32,000 nt of DNA, from NCBI RefSeq assembly GCF_000017945.1, contig NC_009776.1, positions 1,260,001-1,292,000 on the forward strand, written 5' to 3'. The notes beneath the pieces are model-generated. The model was given only the letters and a program-made list of their open reading frames with translations. It made no database searches and was not told the DNA's origin. Positions within the stretch are counted from its first letter, which is position 1. Each line of letters opens with the position of its first letter. The stretch comes from Ignicoccus hospitalis KIN4/I (lineage in GTDB: Archaea > Thermoproteota > Thermoprotei_A > Sulfolobales > Ignicoccaceae). The translations under genes were made by a program, and so were the position numbers. Positions 8,726-17,345 of this stretch are shown in pieces.

Positions 8726-9138
8726 TGGTAAAGGCGTCAGCGAACAAGTCGCGTAGAAAGGTAGTAACCGGCCTCCAAGTGGGCAGCTACGTGAAGGTTA
8801 CGGACAACAGCGGGGCAAAGGTCGCCATGATTATCGGCGTGCCCGGCTACCACGGCAGGCTAAGGAGGATTCCTCCGGCGGGCGTGGGCGACATGGTGGT
8901 AGTGACTGTAAAGAAGGGAACGCCCGAAATGAGGCACCAGGTAGTTAGAGCGATAGTCGTTAGGCAGAGGAAGCCTTTCAGAAGGCCCGACGGCACTTGG
9001 GTTGCTTTCGAGGACAACGCGGTGGTCATCGTAAGCGAAGACGGCACGCCGAGGGGGTCGGAGATAAGGGGACCGGTCGCCCGCGAAGCGGTGGAAAGGT
9101 GGCCCAGGATAGGCAACGTGGCCAGCATAGTCGTGTGA
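8725..9138 (+). CDS. rpl14: 50S ribosomal protein L14
   Basis: 137-aa [19 protein letters not shown]...[12 protein letters not shown]...FEDNAVV, which is L14-like. Its start overlaps the S17 stop by 1 nt. Confidence 0.92.
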   Translation: MVKASANKSRRKVVTGLQVGSYVKVTDNSGAKVAMIIGVPGYHGRLRRIPPAGVGDMVVVTVKKGTPEMRHQVVRAIVVRQRKPFRRPDGTWVAFEDNAVVIVSEDGTPRGSEIRGPVAREAVERWPRIGNVASIVV

Positions 9139-9139
9139 G

Positions 9140-9526
9140 GTGAGCGCCGTGCCTATCCCCAAGTCCAAGAAGCCCAGCAAGCAGAGGAAGTTCCTCTACA
9201 ACGCTCCCTTGCACTTGAGGCATAAGTTCATGAACGCCCCCCTCAGCAAGGAGCTGAGGGAGAAGTACGGCGTCAAGAGGTTGCCGGTGAGAAAGGGCGA
9301 CACCGTAAAGATCGTCAGAGGGAAGTTCAGGGGCCACGAAGGAACGGTCGCCAAGGTAGACCTAAAGAAAGCGAGGATATACGTAGACGGCGCAACGATA
9401 GAGAACTCGAGGGGCGAGCAGAGGTTCTACCCCATCCACCCTTCGAAAGTGATTATAACCAAGCTAGGTGAGGTCGACAAGGTAAGGCAAAAGATAATAG
9501 AGAGGAGGAAGAAGGAGGTGAAGTAA
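9140..9526 (+). CDS. rpl24: 50S ribosomal protein L24 (L26e family)
   Basis: [58 protein letters not shown] shows the KOW motif. Its position between L14 and S4e fits the conserved order. Confidence 0.9.
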
Positions 9527-9527
9527 A

Positions 9528-10295
9528 GTGGCAAGGGTAGGTGGAGGTAAAAGGCACCTAAAGAGGCTCGCCGCCCCGGCCTTCTGGCCCATTCATAGAA
9601 AGGAGGCCGTCTGGGCGGTAAAGCCCCGGCCGGGTCCCCACCCCATAGAGGAGAGCATACCGCTACTGATACTCGTCAGGGACGTGCTCGGATACGCCGA
9701 GACCTCTAGGGAAGCGAGGAAGTTGATAGCAGAGGGCAGAATAAAGGTTGATGGAAGAGTAAGGAAGGACTACAAGTTCCCCGTAGGCGCCATGGACGTA
9801 ATAGAGATCGTAGGGGCCGACGAGTACTACCGCATGATCCCGTACCCAGTCAAGTACCTAGTACCCATGAGGATAGATGCAGAAGAGGCCAAGAAGAAGA
9901 TCTGTAGAATAGAAAACAAGGTGACAGTTAAGGGCGGTCACGTCCAGTTGAACTTACACGACGGCAGGAACGTGTTGATAAGGGTAGAAGACCCGCGCAA
10001 CCCCGTAGAGGCCCAAGAGTACAAGACCTTGGGCGGCTTACTCATAACGGTGCCCGAGCAAGAGATCTTGGACTACGTCCCCTTCGAGGAGGGAGTAATC
10101 GCAATAGTGAAGTCTGGGAGGAACGTAGGAAGGGTCGGGAGGATAGAGGAAATCGTGAAAGGGATGGGACGGAAGAAGACTCTAGTTAAGATGAGGGACG
10201 TACACGACGAAGTGTTTTACACCGTCGCTGAGTACGTATTCCCAATAGGGAAGGAAGAGCCCTTGATAAAGTTGCCGGAGGGTGCTTGGAAATGA
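9528..10295 (+). CDS. rps4e: 30S ribosomal protein S4e
   Basis: The GTG start gives [25 protein letters not shown], the canonical S4e N-terminus. Confidence 0.92.
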   Translation: MARVGGGKRHLKRLAAPAFWPIHRKEAVWAVKPRPGPHPIEESIPLLILVRDVLGYAETSREARKLIAEGRIKVDGRVRKDYKFPVGAMDVIEIVGADEYYRMIPYPVKYLVPMRIDAEEAKKKICRIENKVTVKGGHVQLNLHDGRNVLIRVEDPRNPVEAQEYKTLGGLLITVPEQEILDYVPFEEGVIAIVKSGRNVGRVGRIEEIVKGMGRKKTLVKMRDVHDEVFYTVAEYVFPIGKEEPLIKLPEGAWK

Positions 10296-10882
10296 GCGCG
10301 GAGTTGGAAGTTAAGCGCTTAGAGGTTCCCCTCCCTCCCGAAAGGGTTGAAGAGATACTGAAGAGGTGGGAACAACAGCCTATGCTGAAGCCCAGGTTAG
10401 CCAAAGTGACGGTCAACATCGCCCTGGGCGAGAGCGGCGAACGCTTAGAGAAGGCCTACAACTTGCTAGAGGAGCTAACCGGCCAGAGGCCGGTTAAGCG
10501 CAAAGCCAAGAAGACCATAAGGCAATTCGGAATAAGGAGAGGGGAGAACATAGCAGTCATGGTTACCTTGAGGGGACAAAGAGCTGTGGAATTCCTAAAG
10601 AAGGCCTTAGAGGCTGTCGGGTGGAAGATCAAAGCCTCCAGCTTCGACGAGTTCGGCAACGTAGGCTTCGGCATAAGGGAGCACATACAGATACCCGGCA
10701 CGCGCTACGACCCCAGAGTAGGTATATTCGGCATGGACGTGATTCTGACAATAGAAAGACCCGGCTACAGGGTGGCCAGGAGGAGGAGGGCTAGGTCCAA
10801 GATCCCCCGGAGGCACAGGGTCACCAAAGAGGAGAGTATGGTATTCTTGGCCAAGGAGTTCGGCGTAAAGATCGAGGGTTAA
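10292..10882 (+). CDS. rpl5: 50S ribosomal protein L5
   Basis: The ATG overlaps the S4e stop (ATGA). [22 protein letters not shown]...[25 protein letters not shown] is L5. The ORF-track start at 10286 is a 2-codon upstream extension. Confidence 0.9.
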   Translation: MSAELEVKRLEVPLPPERVEEILKRWEQQPMLKPRLAKVTVNIALGESGERLEKAYNLLEELTGQRPVKRKAKKTIRQFGIRRGENIAVMVTLRGQRAVEFLKKALEAVGWKIKASSFDEFGNVGFGIREHIQIPGTRYDPRVGIFGMDVILTIERPGYRVARRRRARSKIPRRHRVTKEESMVFLAKEFGVKIEG

Positions 10883-10917
10883 AAAAGAACGCGGGAGCGC
10901 AAGAGGGGGTGTGAAGA

Positions 10918-11082
10918 ATGGCCAAGTTTAGGCCTCCCAAGTATAGGAGGTTTGGGCGTGGAGCAAGGAGATGTCAGAGGTGCGGTAGCCAAGACGCCGT
11001 CATAACTAAGTACGGATTGTACCTCTGTAGGCAATGCTTCCGAGAGGTAGCTCCTACTCTAGGCTTTAAGAAGTACAGGTGA
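10918..11082 (+). CDS. rps14: 30S ribosomal protein S14 (zinc-binding type Z / S29e), 54 aa
   Basis: Hand-translated; below the ORF-track cutoff. Sequence: [54 protein letters not shown]. It has CxxC...CxxC, and its position between L5 and S8 is the conserved one. Confidence 0.9.
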   Translation: MAKFRPPKYRRFGRGARRCQRCGSQDAVITKYGLYLCRQCFREVAPTLGFKKYR

Positions 11083-11087
11083 GAGCA

Positions 11088-11489
11088 ATGGTGATGCTCG
11101 ACACTCTCGCGAACGCCCTCACCACAATATACAACAACGAAGTTAGGGGCAACAAAGAAGCAATAATAATGCCCGCTTCCAAGTTGATCGCCAACGTACT
11201 AAGGATAATGCAGAAGGAAGGCTACGTGGGCGAGTTCGAATACATAGACGACGGACGGTGGGGCAAGATAAGGGTGAGGCTGCTGGGCAGGATTAACAAG
11301 TGTGGCGCAATAAAGCCCAGGGTGTCCGTGAGCTACAGAGACCTACTGGTCTTGCCGGAGCACTTGAGGAGGTTCTTGCCGTCCAAGGACGTGGGCATTC
11401 TGATAATAAGCACCTCCCAAGGACTGATGACCCATAAGGAGGCCATACAGAAGAGGGTAGGCGGAATAGCTATCGCATACGTCTATTAA
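11088..11489 (+). CDS. rps8: 30S ribosomal protein S8
   Basis: [33 protein letters not shown]...[16 protein letters not shown] is S8. The ORF track extends it to a GTG at 11079 that overlaps the S14 stop. Confidence 0.9.
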   Translation: MVMLDTLANALTTIYNNEVRGNKEAIIMPASKLIANVLRIMQKEGYVGEFEYIDDGRWGKIRVRLLGRINKCGAIKPRVSVSYRDLLVLPEHLRRFLPSKDVGILIISTSQGLMTHKEAIQKRVGGIAIAYVY

Positions 11490-11491
11490 CC

Positions 11492-11500
11492 TTTTGTTGT
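11492..11500 (+). terminator. T-rich tract TTTTGTTGT after rps8
   Basis: Begins 3 nt after the rps8 stop. This is where the r-protein transcription unit appears to end. Confidence 0.3.
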
Positions 11501-11552
11501 CCCTTCCACACAAAAATCTCCATTCGCTCTTTAGAACCCGGGCTCGAGTGCC

Positions 11553-11936
11553 TTGAGGGTCTTGGACCTCGTAGGGAGAGAGATAGTTTGGTGTCCTCCT
11601 AATAGCACCTTAAAAGAGGTCGTACACAAGATGAGGGCTCACAACGTCGGCAGCGTCTTGATACTTAACGGCGACGAGCTCGTGGGCATTTTCACCGAAA
11701 GGGACCTAGTAAGGGCCTTCGACGAGGGGGCTAAGCCCGAAGACCTTGTCAGCGACTTCATGACGCGTAACCCTATAGTTGTGAACCCGGAGGAAAGCTT
11801 GGAGAGCGCACTACAGAAAATGTTGGCACACGGGATTAGGCACTTGCCCGTAGTGTCGCCAGAAGGCAGAGTCCTAGGAGTGGTGAGCTTGAGAGACGTA
11901 GTAGAGGCCTTACTGGCGCAGCAAACGCCTATCTGA
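11553..11936 (+). CDS. CBS-domain pair protein
   Basis: 127 aa with two CBS-like repeats: STLKEVVHKMRAHNVGSVLIL...GIFTERDL and ESLESALQKMLAHGIRHLPVV...GVVSLRDV. TTG start. Confidence 0.8.
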   Translation: MRVLDLVGREIVWCPPNSTLKEVVHKMRAHNVGSVLILNGDELVGIFTERDLVRAFDEGAKPEDLVSDFMTRNPIVVNPEESLESALQKMLAHGIRHLPVVSPEGRVLGVVSLRDVVEALLAQQTPI

Positions 11937-11968
11937 GCTAAAACCTCGCCCGGCGCGGGCCTCTCGAG

Positions 11969-13903
11969 ATGAAAAAGAAGGCAAGCATGAACTATCTCGA
12001 CGTCGTAGCTTGGATAAGGAAGAACGAAGATCTAATAGGGTCGACAGTCCAAAACGTCTACTACAAGGACGGCCTAATGTGGATGAAGCTGAAGGGAAAG
12101 GGGAGCGGCACTAAGGCGTTGATCGCGGAGCCGGGGAGGAGGATCCACCTAACGCCCTCTCCTCCGGAAGCCCCGGAGAGGCTTCACCCCTTCGCCGGGG
12201 GGCTACGCAAGTTCTTGAAATCCGCCAAGTTGACTTCGATCAAGACCGTAGGTTACGACAGAGTCGTCGAGATGAACTTCTCCAAGGGGGGTGAGGTCTA
12301 CAAACTGATGATAGAGCTGGTGCCCAGAGGGGTTATTGCCCTTCTTGACCCCGAGAACAAAATACTCTACGCCAACGAATACAAAGAGATGAGGGATAGA
12401 TCGATAAAGAGGGGTGAGTTATACAAGCCACCTCCAGGGCCGACCTTCGACCCCTTCAACGACTTGGAGGAGTTAGGAGAAAGGATAAAGAAGGGTAAGG
12501 ACGTAGTCAGGGGGCTGGTAATAGGTCAGAAGGTGCCGGGAGACGTAGCCGAGGAAGTGCTGTTCAGAGCTGGGGTCGCTAAGGACAAAAAGCCCAGCGA
12601 GGTAAGCCTAGAAGAATTGGAAAGGATTAAAGCAAAAATTAGGGAAGTGTACGAAGAGGCGCTGAAAGGGAGGGCATACCTCGTTAGGGCCGAGAGCGAA
12701 CCAGTGGCCTTCGAGCCCTTCGAGCCGCGGCTGTTTATTTCCCAAGGTTATCACGCATCGGAAGGCGACCTAGATCAAATAATAGACGAGTACTTTGCGA
12801 ACGTGAAGAGCGAAGAGCTGGAAGAAACCTTAGAGGAGAGGGTAAGAAAGGAAGTAGAGAAACTGAGGAAAGCTATGGAAGAGCAGCTCCGCTTGGCGGA
12901 AGAGTACAAGAAGCTTTCAGAAAACTACGAGAAGCTCGCCACTCAGTTGGCGGCCAACTACGCTGAAATAGAGGAGGTATTAAAGGACGGCAAGGAATAC
13001 ATTATGAAGTTCGAGGACAAGGAGATCGTGTTGAAACCCGACACGAACCTCGACGAATACATTAGGTCGTTGTTCTCTAAGTCTAAGGAATATGAAAAGA
13101 AGTACAAGAGAGCCCTCAAGGCGTACGAAGAGCTCAAAGAAGAGATGGACAAAGTCGAAGAGAAGGTAAAAGAAGAGATAGCTAAGGAGATAGCTAAGTC
13201 GAGGAGGAGGGAGTGGTACGAGAAGTACCACTGGTTGATAACGAGCTCCGGGCTGTTGGCGATAGGAGGCAAGGACGCGAGCCAGAACGAAGCGGTGGTG
13301 AGGAGGTACTTGGAAGACGACGACATATTCATGCACGCGGAGGTCCAAGGAGCCCCGGCGGTGGTCCTAAAGACTGAAGGAAAGGAGGTGACCGAGAAGG
13401 ACTTGAGGGAGGCCGCTTTCCTGACCGCGTGTTATTCCAAGGCGTGGAAAGAGGGAAGGGGCTCCGTGGACGTCTTCTACGTCAAGGGCTCGCAAGTGAG
13501 CAAGAGTCCTCCTCCCGGACAGTACGTCGCCAAGGGAGCCTTCATAATAAAGGGTAAGAGAGAATACGTCAGAGACGTTCCCTTGAGGCTGGCGCTAGGC
13601 GTGGAAATGGTCGAAGGGGGCCCGCGCGTAATTGTGGGGCCCGAAGAGCTAGTGAGGGAGAGGAGCTTCGCCTACGCCGTCTTGGTCCCTGGGGACGTGG
13701 AGAAGAGGAAGGTCGCCCAGAAGCTGAAGAGGCTCTGGACCAACAAGCTGAAGGAGCCAGAGCTAAAGGGAGCGATAGAGGGGCTCAGAGAAGAGGAAAT
13801 AATGGAAAGGATACCGGGAAAAAGTAAGATAGTAAAGGTAGTTGTCCCAATGAGGAAGCCCGAAAAGTCCGAGGAGGGTGAGGTGAGTGCGGGGCTGGGC
13901 TGA
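11969..13903 (+). CDS. NFACT-family protein (FbpA / RqcH / NEMF-Tae2 homologue; putative ribosome quality-control factor)
   Basis: N-terminal NFACT-N-like region, a long Glu/Lys coiled coil, and an NFACT-R/DUF814-like block: WLITSSGLLAIGGKDASQNEAVVRRYLEDDDIFMHAEVQGAPAVVLK. Confidence 0.8.
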   Translation: MKKKASMNYLDVVAWIRKNEDLIGSTVQNVYYKDGLMWMKLKGKGSGTKALIAEPGRRIHLTPSPPEAPERLHPFAGGLRKFLKSAKLTSIKTVGYDRVVEMNFSKGGEVYKLMIELVPRGVIALLDPENKILYANEYKEMRDRSIKRGELYKPPPGPTFDPFNDLEELGERIKKGKDVVRGLVIGQKVPGDVAEEVLFRAGVAKDKKPSEVSLEELERIKAKIREVYEEALKGRAYLVRAESEPVAFEPFEPRLFISQGYHASEGDLDQIIDEYFANVKSEELEETLEERVRKEVEKLRKAMEEQLRLAEEYKKLSENYEKLATQLAANYAEIEEVLKDGKEYIMKFEDKEIVLKPDTNLDEYIRSLFSKSKEYEKKYKRALKAYEELKEEMDKVEEKVKEEIAKEIAKSRRREWYEKYHWLITSSGLLAIGGKDASQNEAVVRRYLEDDDIFMHAEVQGAPAVVLKTEGKEVTEKDLREAAFLTACYSKAWKEGRGSVDVFYVKGSQVSKSPPPGQYVAKGAFIIKGKREYVRDVPLRLALGVEMVEGGPRVIVGPEELVRERSFAYAVLVPGDVEKRKVAQKLKRLWTNKLKEPELKGAIEGLREEEIMERIPGKSKIVKVVVPMRKPEKSEEGEVSAGLG

Positions 13904-13906
13904 GGG

Positions 13907-13914
13907 AAAATATT
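13907..13914 (+). promoter_or_regulatory. A/T box AAAATATT upstream of purT
   Basis: Lies 32 nt upstream of the TTG start at 13947, which implies a very short leader. Confidence 0.4.
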
Positions 13915-13946
13915 ATCCTCACGGCCGCTTTCCTTCATGAGGAACC

Positions 13947-15155
13947 TTGAGAGAAGTTTTGGGTACTGCCCTCACGTCGTCTTCCCAGAAAGCCCTATTG
14001 CTCGGTTCGGGAGAGCTCGGCAAAGAGGTAGTTATAGAGCTTCAGAGGCTGGGCGTGGAAGTAGTTGCAGTAGACCGTTACGACCGCGCCCCAGCTATGC
14101 ACGTAGCCCATCGGAGGTACGTAATAGACATGCTAGACTACGACCAAGTGGTCGACGTGGTTCGCAGGGAGCGCCCAGACGTCATAATACCCGAAGTGGA
14201 GGCGATTAACACGGACGCCCTCGTGGACTTGGAAAAGGAAGGTTACTTCGTAGTCCCTAACGCGAGGGCGGTAAAGATAACCATGAACCGGATTGAGCTG
14301 AGGAGGCTAGCGGCAGAAAAGGTAGGGGTTCCCACCACTCGTTACGCGTTCGCCCACAACGAAGACGAGGCCGCAGAAGCTTGCGAGAAAGTCGGCTACC
14401 CGTGCTTGATAAAGCCCGAGATGAGCTCCTCCGGCCACGGACACACCTTAGCCTCTTCGCCGGAGGAGGCCCGGGAGGGATTTAAGAGGGCCTTGAAGGA
14501 GGCCCGGGGCAAGAGCGAGAGGGCCATAGTAGAAGAGTTCGTTGAAATAGATAGGGAACTCACCGCCCTAACGTACAGGCACGACACGGGTAATGGAATA
14601 GAAACAGTCCCCCTTCCCCCAGTAGAACACAAGAGGCCCAAGGGCATCTACTACTATTACGAGTCTTGGCACCCCGCTACCGTCAACGACGAAGTGGTGA
14701 AGAAGGCTAAGGACATAGCAGTAAAGGTGGTAAACGAGTTAGGGGGCTTAGGCATCTTCGGGGTTGAGATATTAGTTACCAAGGACGGGAGGGTACTGTT
14801 CAGCGAGGTCTCTCCCCGCCCTCACGACACCGGCCTGGTCACCTTAGCTAGCATGGAGCTGAGTGAGTTCGCAATTCACGCCCGCGCGGTCCTCGGCCTC
14901 CCCGTCCCTGAGCCCAAGTTACTAACTCCCGCGGCCTCTCGAGTGGTGCTGGCAGAGGAGGCCTTGGAGCCCCCCTGCTTGAAGGGGGTCGGCGAAGCGC
15001 TTAAGGTGAAGGGCGTCCAGCTGAGGTGGTTCGCCAAGCCGCGCAGTTACAAGGAGAGGAGGATGGGAGTGTTACTAGCGACCGGCTCCACGGTGGAGGA
15101 GGCGTTGGAGAGGGTTAGGAGGGCCGCCGGGTTCCTAAAAGTGGTTAAGTGTTAA
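13947..15155 (+). CDS. purT: Formate-dependent phosphoribosylglycinamide formyltransferase (GAR transformylase T)
   Basis: LGTALTSSSQKALLLGSGELGKEVVIELQRLGVEVVAVDRYDRAPAMHVAHRRYVIDMLD is nearly collinear with the E. coli PurT N-terminus as I remember it. The remainder has an ATP-grasp layout. Confidence 0.9.
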   Translation: MREVLGTALTSSSQKALLLGSGELGKEVVIELQRLGVEVVAVDRYDRAPAMHVAHRRYVIDMLDYDQVVDVVRRERPDVIIPEVEAINTDALVDLEKEGYFVVPNARAVKITMNRIELRRLAAEKVGVPTTRYAFAHNEDEAAEACEKVGYPCLIKPEMSSSGHGHTLASSPEEAREGFKRALKEARGKSERAIVEEFVEIDRELTALTYRHDTGNGIETVPLPPVEHKRPKGIYYYYESWHPATVNDEVVKKAKDIAVKVVNELGGLGIFGVEILVTKDGRVLFSEVSPRPHDTGLVTLASMELSEFAIHARAVLGLPVPEPKLLTPAASRVVLAEEALEPPCLKGVGEALKVKGVQLRWFAKPRSYKERRMGVLLATGSTVEEALERVRRAAGFLKVVKC

Positions 15156-15179
15156 GGTCCTCCTTTTGGGTTATGAAGT

Positions 15180-15899
15180 TCACCCTTCGCTCGACTTCTT
15201 ATGGAACCTCGCGTATATCATTGCGTGGTCTTTGTCGAAGGGGTCTAAGTGCACTATGTCTAGGATCTCGAAGCCCCTGGACTTCAGCACTCCTATCTCC
15301 CTCTTGAACACCTCCTCCGGGCTCTTGGTGACGTCAACGCTTCTGGCCTTTATTGCCATTAACATGTAGCCTCCATCCTTTAGGAAGAAGTCCGCGTTAT
15401 CGGCGACTATCTCCGCTTGGTTGGGCTGGGCCACGTCCGCGTACAGGCCGTCGACCAGCTCCGCCAAGTGACGGTACTCGCGCGGCTTCCTCGCGTCGCC
15501 CAGTATGGGGAAGATGTTCTTCCTTATTTCGGCCAAGTTTACGAACTCCCTCATAACTCTAGGAGCGAACTCTACGCCGTAGAGCCTTCCCTCTTCACCT
15601 ATAATGTCGGAGATGTGGCTGGGAGTAGTTCCGGTCGCGGCCCCTAGGTAGAGTATGGAGTCGCCGGGCTTTATCGGAAGCTCTTCCAATCCCTTGACCA
15701 AAGCGGCTGCTAACTTTGAACGCTGGACGTTCCACTCGCGGTACTCCTCGCCTTGCCACTGGAAGAGCTTCTCGCCGTAGACTCTGTGCCCGGGCGTCAA
15801 GTTCTTAGTCGCCAAGCGCACGCTGCCATCCTCCAGCTCTACGACGTACACATTCTTGTATTGAGGGTGTTCGTAAACGTTAACGACCTCTATTGGCAT
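15180..15899 (-). CDS. flpA: Fibrillarin-like rRNA/tRNA 2'-O-methyltransferase
   Basis: [32 protein letters not shown] motif [18 protein letters not shown], and [16 protein letters not shown]-like [15 protein letters not shown]. Confidence 0.92.
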   Translation of the reverse strand: MPIEVVNVYEHPQYKNVYVVELEDGSVRLATKNLTPGHRVYGEKLFQWQGEEYREWNVQRSKLAAALVKGLEELPIKPGDSILYLGAATGTTPSHISDIIGEEGRLYGVEFAPRVMREFVNLAEIRKNIFPILGDARKPREYRHLAELVDGLYADVAQPNQAEIVADNADFFLKDGGYMLMAIKARSVDVTKSPEEVFKREIGVLKSRGFEILDIVHLDPFDKDHAMIYARFHKKSSEG

Positions 15900-15934
15900 G
15901 CCCTTTCTGGCCCCCGCGGAGCTGCCCTCTATGG

Positions 15935-15942
15935 TATAAAAA
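15935..15942 (-). promoter_or_regulatory. A/T box TTTTTATA upstream of flpA
   Basis: Lies 35 nt upstream of the ATG at 15899. Confidence 0.45.
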
Positions 15943-16030
15943 CTGCGAGGGCTCTCGAGAGGAGCTCGAGAGATAGGCGTCGTAGGGGAACGGCAAGGCT
16001 TGGAGGCTGAGCAAATGCGCGAGGAACGCG

Positions 16031-16107
16031 TGGTGGGGCCGCGGGGATTTGAACCCCGGACTACCGCCGTGTGAGGGCGGCGTCCTTCCGGGCTAGACGA
16101 CGGCCCC
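16031..16107 (-). tRNA. tRNA-Val (anticodon CAC), CCA encoded
   Basis: Acceptor GGGGCCG/CGGCCCC, anticodon stem CCGCC/GGCGG with loop CTCACAC, T arm CGGGG-TTCAAAT-CCCCG, discriminator A, CCA at 16033-16031. Confidence 0.93.
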
Positions 16108-16135
16108 GAACCCCGGTCTGCCAGGACCGGGTACC

Positions 16136-16144
16136 CTTTTAAAG
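16136..16144. promoter_or_regulatory. A/T box CTTTTAAAG, candidate shared element for tRNA-Val (minus) and the secreted-protein gene (plus)
   Basis: Lies 28 nt from the tRNA-Val 5' end and 46 nt from the ATG at 16191. That ATG also has a GGTGA SD at 16176-16180. Confidence 0.35.
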
Positions 16145-16190
16145 TTTTGCGTTATGTTAATACGCCTTCCCTCAAGGTGAGCACTAGGAG

Positions 16191-17312
16191 ATGAAGGGCT
16201 TGAAGTGGAGTTTGGTGTTCCTCCTAGTATTCTCAGCGGTTTTAAACGCCGCCACGACGGTTAGCGTCTACTGGCTGGACGAGAAGAACAACGTAATGAC
16301 CTTCGTAGACGGGTCGAAGGGCTACTACTCGCTCAAGTTATGTGTCGTGAGCTCCTCGGACGTCAGCGTCCACTTAACCTTAAGGGGCGACGCCTTCGGG
16401 GCCCCGAAGTATTACGAAGCCATCTTGAAGACCCAACGCGGCAAGGCTTGTAAGGACGTCTTACTCTACTTCGGCGAGAGGCCGAGCACGACTGAGAGGT
16501 CCTACGACGTGGTTATAAATGCCAACAACGTGAACGGAATATATGCCGACGTAGAGGTGAACGGAGTAAAACTCGAGAGGCTTGGCTACCTAAGGGTTCT
16601 GAGGCTCGGAGGTTCCGAGCTGACGCGCTGTCTGAAGGTCAACTCCAACGTTACGTACCCCTTCATCGGGGAGCACGTGAAGTTAGCGGTCTCCAACTCT
16701 TGTGGAACCCCGTTGGACGTCACCGTTAAGGTCGACGTTGAGAACTTCGCCGACTTCGACCTCGCTAGCTTCGTCCTAGCGTCCAACGAGAAGAGGGAGA
16801 TAAACGTCACGGTTCCCAAACTCGTGGCAGTAAACTTGCTGGGCCCCTTGGGCGGGCCGGCCGTAGCCGTCCGAGGTCTCTACGTCTCCATCAACGGGAC
16901 TGCACTGTATTACGTCCCAGTGTACGACTACTTCACCTACTACGTTAAGCAGAACGTCAAGTCAGAATGGCGCTCCGGGGGCAGAGCGCTAAAGGCCGTT
17001 GGGCCCGGAGAGGTGGTCACGGGCTGTGCGTCGTTGCCGGAAGTGGTGCCCAGAACTGAGGTTCCCCCGCTGGAAGCCTCCTTAAAGGTTGTGGAGGACT
17101 TGAGTTTCGCCCCGGACGAGGTAGTAGCGAAAAAGAACTTTGTAATAGATAAGTTGCCGTTCAAAGAGTGTGTGAGCTTCGTTACCGAAAAGAGGTGGAA
17201 CACTAAGGGTTACAAACTAGTCTTGGAAGTCTCAGAGGACGTCGAGGTTATGAGAGGAAAAGTCCCGTTGAGGGTGAGCGTCGAACTAAGCCCGGAGCTC
17301 GCCGTACGCTAA
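16191..17312 (+). CDS. Secreted protein of unknown function (signal peptide, predicted all-beta, N-glycosylation sequons)
   Basis: Signal-like N-terminus MKGLKWSLVFLLVFSAVLNAATT, with no C-terminal anchor. Composition is V/S/T/N-rich and there are sequons NVT and NGT. I recognise no family motif. Confidence 0.6.
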   Translation: MKGLKWSLVFLLVFSAVLNAATTVSVYWLDEKNNVMTFVDGSKGYYSLKLCVVSSSDVSVHLTLRGDAFGAPKYYEAILKTQRGKACKDVLLYFGERPSTTERSYDVVINANNVNGIYADVEVNGVKLERLGYLRVLRLGGSELTRCLKVNSNVTYPFIGEHVKLAVSNSCGTPLDVTVKVDVENFADFDLASFVLASNEKREINVTVPKLVAVNLLGPLGGPAVAVRGLYVSINGTALYYVPVYDYFTYYVKQNVKSEWRSGGRALKAVGPGEVVTGCASLPEVVPRTEVPPLEASLKVVEDLSFAPDEVVAKKNFVIDKLPFKECVSFVTEKRWNTKGYKLVLEVSEDVEVMRGKVPLRVSVELSPELAVR

Positions 17313-17320
17313 TTTTTAAA
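17312..17320 (+). promoter_or_regulatory. A/T box ATTTTTAAA upstream of the methylthiotransferase gene (its T runs may also terminate the preceding gene)
   Basis: Lies 25 nt upstream of the ATG at 17346, consistent with a leaderless mRNA. T5 runs sit at 17313-17317 and 17330-17334. Confidence 0.4.
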
Positions 17321-17345
17321 CGCGTCTCGTTTTTACTAGCCTGCA

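Noticed and set aside
8847-9337. Minus-strand ORFs overlapping rpl14 and rpl24, plus similar antisense ORFs across the window (for example 3172-3486, 12958-13348, 26807-27438, 23310-23780)
   Set aside because: All lie antisense to genes with strong family signatures, and their translations are low-complexity. I saw no independent start or promoter signals.
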